From positions 213,846 to 249,387 of the forward strand of contig NW_013657631.1 in the NCBI RefSeq assembly GCF_000142905.1: a DNA stretch of 35,542 bases, read 5' to 3'. The position numbers and the translations under genes were made by a program. This document shows positions 10,064 to 19,993 of this stretch, one piece after another (position 1 is the stretch's first letter; each line of letters opens with the position of its first letter). Below the pieces are notes generated by a model, which saw nothing but the letters and a program-made list of their open reading frames with translations, did not search any database and was not told where the DNA came from. This stretch comes from Thecamonas trahens ATCC 50062 (lineage: Eukaryota; Protista; Apusomonadida).

Positions 10064-13000
10064 CTAAAGGTCGATGAGGTTGCCGACGGTAACCTCGTTG
10101 GCCTCGTCGGCGGCAAAGTACTCGTCAAGCTCGGCCTGGGCCACAACCTTGACGGCGTCGCGGCCGAGGTGGTCGGTGAAGAACTGGGCCATGGCGTCAG
10201 CAGCTGCAGTGTTGGTGGTCACCGCCAGGTGGGCAAAGTCCTCGTCAAAGAGCGGGAGGACAAAGGTGTTGAGCGCGGCGCGCATGTCTTCGAGAGTGAC
10301 GGCAGACACAGCCTTGAGCAGCGCAGCCGTGTGGTCGTGCGCCACCGACCGGAGCTGGAGGTTGACAAACGACTGGTCTGCGGCGGCAGTGATAGTAGGC
10401 TCGCGGTCGACAATAGTGAAGAGAGTGGCCGAGACGGCGGCGTCGCGGCCAACAGGCTCGATGGTCCGGCTGCCATCGGCGTACTCGGCAACTATCTTGG
10501 CAGCGACCCGGTACGCCTCCTCGGGCTGTGCGGCGCGGTAGAGGACAAAGGCGAGCAGGCCAGACGCCACATCAGGCCTGATGGCGTACGAGTACGAGAG
10601 GCCGAGCCCGCGGAGCTCGCGCCAAAAGTCGCCCTCCATCCTCGTCAGGTACTGCAGCGCCACCAGCAGCGCCGGGAGCTGTGGGTCCGACTCGGACGCC
10701 ACGCCGCGGCAGGTCCTCACCAGGAACGTTGACTCGCACGAGGCAAGCGGGAGGACGACAGTGGCCGGGCTCGGGCCGCCCGCCCCGGCCTCCGGCAGCG
10801 TGATACGGGCAGGTGGTGCGGCGGCCGGGCTCGGGCTCGCGTCCGCGCCAGTCCACACGCTAGCGGCAAAGGGCTGGAGCAGCGGCAGGTCGTGGAGTGC
10901 GCCGCGAACGTGGAGCGTTATGTCGGTCGCACGGGTGAGAGCGGCACGGAGTGAGGCAAACGCGGCCAAGTGGCCAGCTGCCGCCGATGAGGTCTCGTCG
11001 GCGAGCGCGTCGGCAAGCTCGCGGAGGAAAGAGTCTTGGCGGACGAGGTTGGCCGCGTTGGCGTTGTGGTGGAGGTGATCAAACGAGAGCCAGGCAGCGC
11101 CGCTGCGGGCCATGGTCATACCGTCGCGGCGGGTGTCCGATGCCTCGGCCGCCAGGCGCATCGCTGCCACCCGCAGCCGCTGCGCCGTGTCAGCCGGGTA
11201 GAACAGCAGGTCGCGGAGGAGCTCAACCACTGTGGCGTACTTGTCGGCGGCAGCCTCGAGCGAGACAACCAGGTAGTTGGCATATGCTCCCGGGCCAAAG
11301 GAGGATCCACCGGTCCCGAGCGACGTCGAGGCCTTGACGGTGTTGGCGGCCACAAACGCGACCATCTCCTCGTGGGAGAGCTTGGCATCGCCGGCAGCGG
11401 TGGTCGTCGGCGCCTCAAAGAAGAGCTCGACAAGGAGCGGGAGATACTGCCGCAGCTGCGGCGGGAGGTGCGAGGTGTCGATGTAGGCAGCGACGCCGAT
11501 AAAGGCCGACGGGATGTCATCAAACTGGATCCGGGCCTGCGCCAGCTCAAGCGACATGGCCGAGAGCCGGGCGTAGTTGGTCAGCTCCGAGTCGAGGCCG
11601 CGGAGGGCGGCAAACGGCGCGCCGGGTGCGGCAAACGGGTCGTACAAGCACGTGTCAACCGGAATGAGCGAGACCGACTCGATGCGCGGTCGCGGAATCG
11701 AGTTGAGAACCTCCTCCGGGACCGGGATCTCGTTGATGGCCTTGGCCTCGGCCAGGGCCGCAGCCTTGGCGGCAAGACCGTCAGCTCCGAGCGCCTCTTT
11801 CTGGGCCTCGAGGCGGGCGGCCTCGTCAGCCCGGAGCTTGGCGCCGTACTCGGCTGACGGCTCGGCCACGACAGTGACTCGGTGGGCGTCAGCGAGGTAC
11901 TTGCGGAGTAGCTCAATAAAGTAGGCCGGCTCGCGGGAAGCCAGCGCCGCGAACCTGGCTGCGGCATCAAGAGCCGGCGCAAAGAGCGAGCCGTCGAGAG
12001 GGCCCCAGACAAAGTCGGCGATGGCCGAGTGGGCGACCGTGGCGTGTGGCCGCGACTCGAGCGCCTCGATGCACTTGAGTCGCCGCCGCTCGACAAGGAT
12101 CGCCAACCGCTCGGCGTCCCACGGCTCGGCAAGCGCGGCGGTGAGCGCGGCGGCAAACGCGTCCTCGATGAGCGGCAGCTTGGCCTTGGGCACCGACTCA
12201 AAGTGGATGACGCAGCCCTCGACGTCAAACGACTCGGACCAGTGCGAGATGGAGCCGGCGAGCGGGTCCTCGCGCTCGACAAACGCCACCTGCAGTGGCG
12301 CAATCGGCGTCTCGACCAAGTAGTCGAGTGCGACCGCCAGTGCGGTCCGCTCGTCGAGCTCGGTGTAGCCCGGCCCGCGGAAGCCGACAACGACCTCGCC
12401 GACGGTCTCGTCGGCGTCCGGGAAGAAGACGGTGGTCGAGACCGAGGCAGAAATAGGCGGCGCCGGCGTGGCCCATGGCCGCGGGCGCGGGACGTACCCG
12501 TCGGGCCGGCGGGCAACAATTTTGTCCTCGACGTCGGCGAGTGCGGCAAAGACGTCGGCGACGTCGATGGAGCCGGCCACAATGAGGCAGAGGTTCTCGG
12601 CGACGTAGTTCTCCGAGTGGTAGTTGCGGATGTCGGTGGGAGTGACCTTTCGAAGCTCTGAGAGCGCGCCACCGGTGTTGGCCTCGTAGCCCGAGCCCGG
12701 GAAGAGGCCATGGAGCAGGGCAAAGTAGGCCTTCTCCGATGAGGTGTGCTCGCGGGCCTGCATCTCGCAGTAGACCACACCAGCGTCCTCGCCCTCACCG
12801 TTGATGTGGTGGACCTCTGTGAGGACACCAGCATCGGTCAGAGTGGGGAAGAGGATGTGATCCACAAAGATGGGCATGAGGGTGAGGAAGCCATCCGAGC
12901 CAGCTGTAGTCACGGTGTAGGCGGTGTGATCGGTAGCGGTCCATGCGTTTGTGCCTCTCGCCAGACACAGATCAGCCAGCTGATCAAGAACACCCTTGTA

Positions 13001-13231
13001 CGAATACGCCTCGGTGTCCGAACCCAGAAAAACACCATGTTCCAGAATGTGCGGCAGTCCCATATCATCGTGTGACTCGGTGGCCAAGGTGAAGTAGCCC
13101 TCCACCACAGGGCCCACCACATCGACATGGACCACACGAAGGCCAGTCTTGCTCGAGTACCACCGAGTGGCAGACACAGACGACGGCAGAACCGCTGTGC
13201 TCTCCTCCTTCCAATGTCCTGATGTGCTCAT
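10064..13231 (-). CDS. M16C zinc metalloprotease (inverzincin; presequence-protease-related, C05D11.1/Sdd3-like)
   Basis: GLPHILEH (HXXEH), GTNAWTATDHTAYT, EVHHINGEGEDAGVVYCEMQ and FWRELRGLGLSYSY. About 1055 aa uninterrupted from the ATG at 13231. Confidence 0.92.
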   Translation of the reverse strand: MSTSGHWKEESTAVLPSSVSATRWYSSKTGLRVVHVDVVGPVVEGYFTLATESHDDMGLPHILEHGVFLGSDTEAYSYKGVLDQLADLCLARGTNAWTATDHTAYTVTTAGSDGFLTLMPIFVDHILFPTLTDAGVLTEVHHINGEGEDAGVVYCEMQAREHTSSEKAYFALLHGLFPGSGYEANTGGALSELRKVTPTDIRNYHSENYVAENLCLIVAGSIDVADVFAALADVEDKIVARRPDGYVPRPRPWATPAPPISASVSTTVFFPDADETVGEVVVGFRGPGYTELDERTALAVALDYLVETPIAPLQVAFVEREDPLAGSISHWSESFDVEGCVIHFESVPKAKLPLIEDAFAAALTAALAEPWDAERLAILVERRRLKCIEALESRPHATVAHSAIADFVWGPLDGSLFAPALDAAARFAALASREPAYFIELLRKYLADAHRVTVVAEPSAEYGAKLRADEAARLEAQKEALGADGLAAKAAALAEAKAINEIPVPEEVLNSIPRPRIESVSLIPVDTCLYDPFAAPGAPFAALRGLDSELTNYARLSAMSLELAQARIQFDDIPSAFIGVAAYIDTSHLPPQLRQYLPLLVELFFEAPTTTAAGDAKLSHEEMVAFVAANTVKASTSLGTGGSSFGPGAYANYLVVSLEAAADKYATVVELLRDLLFYPADTAQRLRVAAMRLAAEASDTRRDGMTMARSGAAWLSFDHLHHNANAANLVRQDSFLRELADALADETSSAAAGHLAAFASLRAALTRATDITLHVRGALHDLPLLQPFAASVWTGADASPSPAAAPPARITLPEAGAGGPSPATVVLPLASCESTFLVRTCRGVASESDPQLPALLVALQYLTRMEGDFWRELRGLGLSYSYAIRPDVASGLLAFVLYRAAQPEEAYRVAAKIVAEYADGSRTIEPVGRDAAVSATLFTIVDREPTITAAADQSFVNLQLRSVAHDHTAALLKAVSAVTLEDMRAALNTFVLPLFDEDFAHLAVTTNTAAADAMAQFFTDHLGRDAVKVVAQAELDEYFAADEANEVTVGNLIDL

Positions 13232-13879
13232 CTTGTTGTAACTCGTCGTTGACAAAGCAAGTCGAGTCTACCGAGTCTTCCCCACGCCGACGTTACCTGC
13301 TCCCTGGCCCGACCAGGTGGGGCCACCTGATGGACGGGGACGGGGACGGGGCCGACCGCAGGATGGGAGGCATGGCCATCGGAACAGCGCAGTGATCAAG
13401 TCGTGGTTAACGCTCTCGGCTTTGACTCGCGGTGGAGCTATCGCTCATCTTACAGCCGCTTTAGAGTGTGGGCTGGAGTATGTGGGCTGAGTGCGGATGT
13501 TGGCTACGTCAGTGTGTCGTCACGGGTGGGTGATGGGGACTGTTTCGGGCTGCGCAGTGGACTTGACACAATGGGGGGGGGGAGGGAGATCTTGATTGAG
13601 ATCGTACTCAAGATTCTGGCTGATATCTCTGTCGATTCTGGCTGCGAGTCTGCTGCCATGGTCTGGCGAGTGTTGGGCGGGTTGGGCGGACGGGTTGGGC
13701 GGGTGTTGGGCAGGCGATCGGGTGGCGGCGATCGGGTGGCGGCGATCGGGTGGGACTGGCTGCGGCACGCCACCCGACCGGCTGGGCCACTAGTCGGTTG
13801 GAGGAATCTCCAGCTTCTACAGACTCTCCTCAACGACACACTTGTCCCACCGCCACCCAACTCGATACAAGGCAAGCAC

Positions 13880-16149
13880 ATGACATTTGCAAGCATCGTG
13901 CCGGTTCTGGTGGTCGTGGTATGGGTGGTGGTCGTGCTTGAGCTTGGTGCGGCGGACGGTGCGGTTACCCCGACCGAGTCGCTCAATGGCATCACTCGGC
14001 GGATTGAGCTGGTTGCCGACGCGGCCGATGGCCCGATGTTTTCCACCAAGATACTGGTCTCGTCGACAAACACCCATGTCGATGTTCGTGCTGCTATGGA
14101 GGCGCCGCGTCCGCTGAGTGAGGTTGTCACCTTTGGCATGATTGCAGCCTGGGATGAACCGCTGGTTGTGAGCGTCAACTCGTCGAAAACGGCCGGCGGC
14201 GACGAGGCACGGTGGTTCACCATCAGCTCCCCGACTGGCGACGAGCGCGATCTGATGACTGATGTCCGTGAGATCAGTGGCTCGGCTTCAACGCCGCAAA
14301 ACACTTCACTGGGGATGAGGATCAGCGACGGGCTGCCGAGCTCCGGCAACCGCTGGCTCTACCTGGTCATCTTTGCCGAGTACGAGGCGGCGAGGTTGGC
14401 GAGCGCGCGCGACACGGTCATGACCTTTGTGCCGGTCATTTCCGACAAGACTGGAACCATTGCAGCATCGGTCGGCGCTGTGGCCTTTGTCCTCATGTCT
14501 GCGCTCCTGTGGCACTGGCAGAAGAAGTACCGCTGGTGCTCGCGCATGTGCTCGCCGCGGCAGGTCAAAGACCGTCGCGGCCAGCGAGCAGCTGCAGTCG
14601 AGCAGCAAGAGGACGCATACTCTTCCGAGTATGCGTACGAGTACGAGTCTGACGACGGATACGCCGATGTCAGCACCGGCGGCGATGAGGAAACCTCCGT
14701 CCTTGCCACGTCGTCGGCGTATGAGTACGCGTACGAGTCGTCGTCGTCTCAGCTGACGCTTGTCGAGGTCAGCGATGGCGACGCCGAGGCTGGCGGCGGC
14801 GCAGACGCCGGCAGCAGCAAGAGCAAGCGAAAAAAGTCGGGCATCAAGAAGATGGCGGTGCGGGGAGCGACTAATCCGTCGACCCAGCAGCGCGGGTGCG
14901 GGCGGCCGGATCGGCGACAGGAACGTCAGTGGGGCGGCGGGCGCGCAAACGGGTGGCAGTCCCGGTCTCGCGAAAGCGGCGCAAGCGACATGTGCCGACC
15001 AAGGAGGAGCGCGCGGCGGTGGCGGCGGCCAAGCGTGCCGAGCTCCGCAAGAACACCGGAGTCGTGGCGTACGTATTCCTCGCTCTCTTCCGCGTTCTCT
15101 TCCTTGTCTTTGACGCTATCAAGCTCCTCATCAATCTGCAGCTCATCCGATCGTCAGTGGCGCTGTACGTGGCGGATCTGCCCGAGCTGCAAGTGTACGA
15201 GGACTTTCTGCCGTTTGGCTCGTTCACTGGGGCGCTGTTCTCGGTCAACAGCCTCCTCAACTTTTTCAACTCGTTCACCGAAGAGGTGCTGGTGTGGAAC
15301 TGCGGCGGGACGCTGCTCCTGAGCTTCCCGTGGATCCTTGCGGCGTTTATGGCGCTGTTCGGAGTCGTCCTGCAGCGCGACCTGCTTCTCTGGGTCTCGA
15401 TCCGGATTCTCGGCTACCGGCCATGCACCGGGCGGATCGGGACGATGATGTTCCACGGCGTCTCAGCACTGTTGCAAGCCATTCTCTTCTACATGCTGCA
15501 GGTGGTCATTTTGATGCTCCCGCAGGTGCTTGTGGGCATGTGGTCGATTTCACGGACATGCTCGGCGGTGGACAAGCAGATGGCGGACATTATGTTTTAC
15601 GCCAACATCGGCATCATGGTCATCTGCTTTTTCATCATCCTGGTCACCTTTTCCGGGCGGCCGGAGAACGTCGGCAAGTGGGGCATTTTTACGCCTGTGG
15701 TTGTTGTGATTGGAGCCGTCAAGCGGCTGCTTATGCTCTCGTTTGGCATCTGGACGCCGTCGCTCATCTCGTCGTACTCTGTCCTCGAGCGGGCGCTCGA
15801 GTTTGACGACGATCCTGATGACGACGACCAGAAGCACGAAAACGTACTGGTCGTCCTCGGCAAGTCGCGGTCGCTGATCTGGATGATGCTACCTGTCACC
15901 ATTGTGCTCGCCAAGCTCGCCGAGACGATCAACAACCCACCGCTGGTTGTCCGGCACCCGTCGGTGGAGATGACAACCGGCACTGCGTTCCGTGCAGTCA
16001 TTCTCTGCTTCCATCTCGTCACGTTTGGCCTCCTCGTCGCGGTTGTCCTCCTTGGCGGCCTGGTTCTCTTCCAGATCATGCTCGGCTCGCTCATCCCGCT
16101 CCACATCTTCCTCCTTGGCCTCGACTACTACGGAGTCACGGCCGATTAG
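13880..16149 (+). CDS. Unknown multi-pass membrane protein (signal peptide, ectodomain, TM, Tyr/acidic and basic cytoplasmic region, several further TMs); one inferred -1 frame change after 14875
   Basis: Signal-peptide-like MTFASIVPVLVVVVWVVVVLELGAA, then TM IAASVGAVAFVLMSALLWHW followed by QKKYR. Coding-like sequence switches to the 14896-16149 frame, which has no nearby ATG and carries roughly 7-9 hydrophobic segments. Confidence 0.65.
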
Positions 16150-16174
16150 ACGTCGCCAGACTCTTGTTGAAGGT

Positions 16175-17046
16175 TTAGGCCGAGAGGCAGCTCACGCTGG
16201 AGCTGTCGCTGCTATCACTGCTCGCGCTGGAGCTGACGCTGGCGCTGGAGCTGACGCTGGCGCTGGAGCTGTCGCTGGAGTTGGCACTGGAGCTGGAGCT
16301 AGAGCTAGAGCTGGAGCTGGAGCTGGAGCTGGAGCTGCCTCCTGACGTGGTGCACTCGGCCGAGGACCACGATGAGAGGTCGGAGAACTCGGAGAACTCG
16401 GCGTGGTCCAGCTCACCGAGCCACTTGAGGACTTGCTTGGAGGCAACGACAAAGATGTCGAGGATGTCAACACTCTTGGCCTTGTTAGAGGCGGTGACAA
16501 AGGTAAATGCCTTGCGGATGGCACGGGCGTAGGGCTTGGAGCCAAGGAGAACAGCTCTGCGGCGCGATCGACGGAGAGCTTGCCGTCCATCTCCTGATCA
16601 GCCTCGAACAGATGAACGATGGCAAAAGCTTGCTTGACCTCGTGCAACTCGTGCTCTGCAGCTACCACCATACTCGCATACAACTGTGCCATCCGGTCGG
16701 TCTGCTCCTTTGTCAGCTTGCGCACGCCCTTGATACGTGCGGAAAAAGCCTTGTGCTCCCGGACCAGTTCGGCCATGCTTGGATCCTCGGCTGCAGCCTT
16801 GCGGAAGGCCTCGGCCACCTCGCGCTTGTTCCGCTCGTACATGGCCGTAAACTCGCGCTGAATGGCGGCATCGTTTGTCCCCTCCTCCTCCTCCTCCTCC
16901 TCCTCCTGCTGCTGCTCCTCGACCAGCTCCACCCAGTGAGCGGCAGTATGGCGACTACGGAGCGAGTTCGACCTCGCCGCAGAGGCTACACCTTCCCTAC
17001 GCAAAGTGGAGGCGAGGCAAAGCGAGCGAGAGTCTTTCCGAGGCAT
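16175..17046 (-). CDS. Hypothetical helical protein with poly-Glu tract, degenerate EF-hand-like pair and Ser-rich tail; one -1 frame change at ~16550
   Basis: FEADQEMDGKLSVDRAAELF resembles an EF-hand loop. The -1 frame continues LLGSKPYARAIRKAFTFVTASNKAKSVDILDIFVVASKQVLKWLGEL...SSSS...VSCLSA* (TAA at 16177-16175) with normal C/G-ending codons. The start is uncertain (17046 or 17210). Confidence 0.6.
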
Positions 17047-17324
17047 GTCGAACTCGCCATTAGCAGCGGCGAGGGCAACATGATCAGGCCTGGCGGCAGC
17101 GGCAGCAGTGCCGGCGAGCGTGGTGAGGGACGACCGACGGATGGCAAACGGCGAGGATAGGCGGGAGTCGGGCGAGGGAGACTCGACTTGTACGAGGTGG
17201 CGCGGGGCATAGTGACAAGCGACAGAGCCTGGTGTTGGACGCAGTGGTACAAGTGGTAGTTGAGTTGCTTCTGTCCTTGTTGGCTGGCTCTCCCTCGTCG
17301 CCGCTCTCGTGCTAGCCCGTCACC

Positions 17325-17441
17325 CGCCTTGCCTTTCCGCTCGCCTCGCCTCGCTCGTCTCGCTCGCCTTGCCTTTCCGCTCGCCTCGCCTCGCTCGCCT
17401 CGCTCGCCTTGCCTTTCCGCTCGCCTCGCTCGCCTCGCTCG
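17325..17441. repeat. ~40-bp tandem repeat x3 built from CTCGC subunits
   Basis: CGCCTTGCCTTTCCGCTCGCCTCGC starts at 17325, 17365 and 17405. Confidence 0.9.
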
Positions 17442-17662
17442 TCGTTGCTCGATCTGCCGCGTGCTGCTGATTTGCGGGCAGATTACAAAGGGAAGGGCGA
17501 GATTAGCGAGGGCGATCAAGCTGGGACAACGTCGACGTGTGTGACGTGTGTGACGTGCGTGGTCGGCAGGCTGCATCTGAGTCTACTGTCGGCGGGGGGA
17601 GTTTTGAGGCCGAGTGGAGGAGCGCCTTGTGCGAGTTCCTGGTATTGCCACAGGCGGACGGC

Positions 17663-19291
17663 ATGATCCGACGACGCGGGCCGCCGCGACGGATGGTGGT
17701 CGGATGCGGGTGTGTGGGCTTGATATCTTTGATCATTCTGGCAATGAGCTACCCGCAGCTCGCGCATGTGCTTAGAGTACCTGCATCTGTGGTACATCCG
17801 ATGGCGGCCCTCTCTGCGCTGGTCCATGGCTCGTGCGAGGCTCTGGCGCGGGTGCAGAGCGTGGAAGAGCTGGGAGCGAGCGCTGTTGTGCCATCACTGG
17901 TGCTGGAGGGCGGTTTCGGGCGGACGCTGGTGGTGGCCGAGTCCATGCCGGATGACGAGTCGATGGGCTCGGACGCGCGGCTACTGGCGTTGATTGCGTC
18001 GCTGGGGGCGATGGCGCGTGGGGCGCCGCCTGCGGCAACACACGTTCTTGTCCGGGTCCTCACCGCAGACTCACCGTACACGTCTGCGGCTGTGGCGGCG
18101 CTTGGGGTCTCGCAGTCGATTGCGTCGCGTCGCGGCGGGCTGTCGTCGATTGACCGGCTGGCACTTCCGTTCAAGACGGACGCGGCGGCGGCGCCGATGA
18201 GCCGGAGCGAGCGGGCGCGGGCGCTGGATGATCTGGCGCTGGAACGGCAAGCCGCAGCACGAGGCCCGCTGGACATGGCCATCATTCCGCTGTGGTTCTG
18301 GAACCTTTGCTCGCTGCCTGAGGAGTTTATACCACAGCTCCGGGCGTCGACACCGGGGACGGCGATTGTGGTGATGACTGATGACGTGCATGCGCGGCGG
18401 AGAGCGATGCTTGCGGTTGCGCGCGAAGCCGAGGGCGACGCGCTGGCGGCGGTGCGGGCGCAGGTGGGCTTGCCGGCGCAGGCGACGCTCGACGACGAGA
18501 TCTGGCAGCGGGAGCTTGCAATATATGCGGCAGCCGACGCGGTGGCGGCAGTGACCAAGGCGGATGCAGCGCTGTTGGATGAGCTGCTTGCGTCGAGCGG
18601 GGTCACGACGCCGGTACATGTGCTCCCGTTCACGGCATGGAGATGCCCCGAGGATGAGCCGCAGGCACCGCGCGGAGCGCGATCGGGCCTGCTGTTTGTG
18701 GGCGGCTCAGCCAACGACGGCAACGTGGCTGCGCTCGAATGGCTGGTTGACGCGGTGGTGCCGTACCTTGCAGCGCGGCGCGACGCGGTGCTCTCTGTGG
18801 TGGGCGCGATCGACAGCGAGACGATGTCGCGGCTTCTGGAGCGGGTGCCTGTGGGACGGGTGGTGTTCCTCGGCCCGCTACCCGGATGGCATCTAGAGCA
18901 AGTACTTGCGCGGGTGGCGGTTTTTGTCTCGCCAGTGGTGACGAGCTCGGGCATTTCGACCAAGAACGTGATGGCGATGCAGCGCGGGGTGCCGCTGGTG
19001 ACGACGCCGTGGGGCGCGGCGGGCTTGGGTCCGGACCCGCCGGTGCTTGTGGCAGAGACGGCGTCGATGTTTGTGGGTGCGATCCTGGACCTGCTCTCGG
19101 ACGAGGCGCTGTGGAGCGGGCTGTCTCTGGCGTCTGTGGAGCACGTGCGGTCTGCGCTCGGGCCGGACAAGGCGTTTGATGCGCTTGTGGAGCTGATGAT
19201 GAGCATTCGCATCAACCGCGAGCGGCACATCCCGAGCGACTTGCCTGCCACGTCGGTCTGCGACTCGGAAGGCGTAGTCTTTGCGCGATGA
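17663..19291 (+). CDS. GT-B fold glycosyltransferase (GT4/Glyco_trans_1_4-like) with N-terminal signal anchor
   Basis: Motifs VMTDDVHARR, ELAIYAAADAVAAVT, LLFVGGSANDGNVAALEWLVDAVVP and VFVSPVVTSSGISTKNVMAMQRGVPLVTTPWGAAGL. The N-terminus MIRRRGPPRR plus a hydrophobic stretch suggests type II topology. Confidence 0.85.
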   Translation: MIRRRGPPRRMVVGCGCVGLISLIILAMSYPQLAHVLRVPASVVHPMAALSALVHGSCEALARVQSVEELGASAVVPSLVLEGGFGRTLVVAESMPDDESMGSDARLLALIASLGAMARGAPPAATHVLVRVLTADSPYTSAAVAALGVSQSIASRRGGLSSIDRLALPFKTDAAAAPMSRSERARALDDLALERQAAARGPLDMAIIPLWFWNLCSLPEEFIPQLRASTPGTAIVVMTDDVHARRRAMLAVAREAEGDALAAVRAQVGLPAQATLDDEIWQRELAIYAAADAVAAVTKADAALLDELLASSGVTTPVHVLPFTAWRCPEDEPQAPRGARSGLLFVGGSANDGNVAALEWLVDAVVPYLAARRDAVLSVVGAIDSETMSRLLERVPVGRVVFLGPLPGWHLEQVLARVAVFVSPVVTSSGISTKNVMAMQRGVPLVTTPWGAAGLGPDPPVLVAETASMFVGAILDLLSDEALWSGLSLASVEHVRSALGPDKAFDALVELMMSIRINRERHIPSDLPATSVCDSEGVVFAR

Positions 19292-19389
19292 CGTGTCGCC
19301 CGGGTGCAGGTGGCGTCAAAAAGGCGGGTGGTGTGGGCGGGCGGGCGGGCGGGTATCGGTCGCAGAACCTGTGTTCCAGCGCCACAGTC

Positions 19390-19989
19390 ATGGCCGAGTT
19401 TGTGACGTGGATTTGGGAGTCTGTGAGCTCTGCGCTTGTATTCCTGGGGCTCTCGAGGTCGCGCGAGCGCAAGGTTGTGTTTGTGGGACTAGACGCGGCG
19501 GGGAAGACGAGCTTGATGGAAGTGCTGACGACGGGGAGGCTCTCGACGCACCAGCCGACGATCCAGCCGTCGAGCCACGAGGTGACACTGGGCGCGCTGA
19601 CGTTGCGCGCGGTCGATGTTGGTGGGCACAAGCAAGCGCGGCGGGTGTGGGGCGAGTACTTTTTCGGCGTCGACGGCGTGGTGTTCCTTGTCGATGCCGC
19701 GGACGCAAGCCGGTTTGAAGAGGCGAGTACCGAGCTGCTCGGCGTGCTCGACAACGAGCACCTGGCCGACGCGCCGGTGGTTGTCCTTGCGAACAAGGTC
19801 GACGAGGCGTGGGCGGCTGGGCCGGAAGACATGGCAGTCGCGCTTGGGATCTCGGCGATGCTCACCGGAGCTGATGACGAGCAGCTCGGCGACAGCGTCC
19901 GTCCGCTGCACATCTTCCCATGCTCGCTCAAGCTCCGCCAGGGCTACGGGGCGGGCCTCAACTGGCTGGCAGCGCACATGAGCAAGTAA
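19390..19989 (+). CDS. SAR1: Sar1-family small GTPase (divergent)
   Basis: N-terminal amphipathic helix (FVTWIWESVSSALVFLGL), GLDAAGKTS, DVGGHKQARRVW (Sar1-specific His), NKVD, RPLHIFPCS and QGYGAGLNWL. 199 aa. Confidence 0.9.
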   Translation: MAEFVTWIWESVSSALVFLGLSRSRERKVVFVGLDAAGKTSLMEVLTTGRLSTHQPTIQPSSHEVTLGALTLRAVDVGGHKQARRVWGEYFFGVDGVVFLVDAADASRFEEASTELLGVLDNEHLADAPVVVLANKVDEAWAAGPEDMAVALGISAMLTGADDEQLGDSVRPLHIFPCSLKLRQGYGAGLNWLAAHMSK

Positions 19990-19993
19990 ACGA

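Noticed and set aside
17749-19251. Long antisense and alternative-frame ORFs (also 11581-12834, 20030-21142, 24943-25926, 32345-33418 and others)
   Set aside because: These are expected shadows of high-GC codon usage opposite real genes. They are low-complexity Ser/Arg/Ala text with no motifs.
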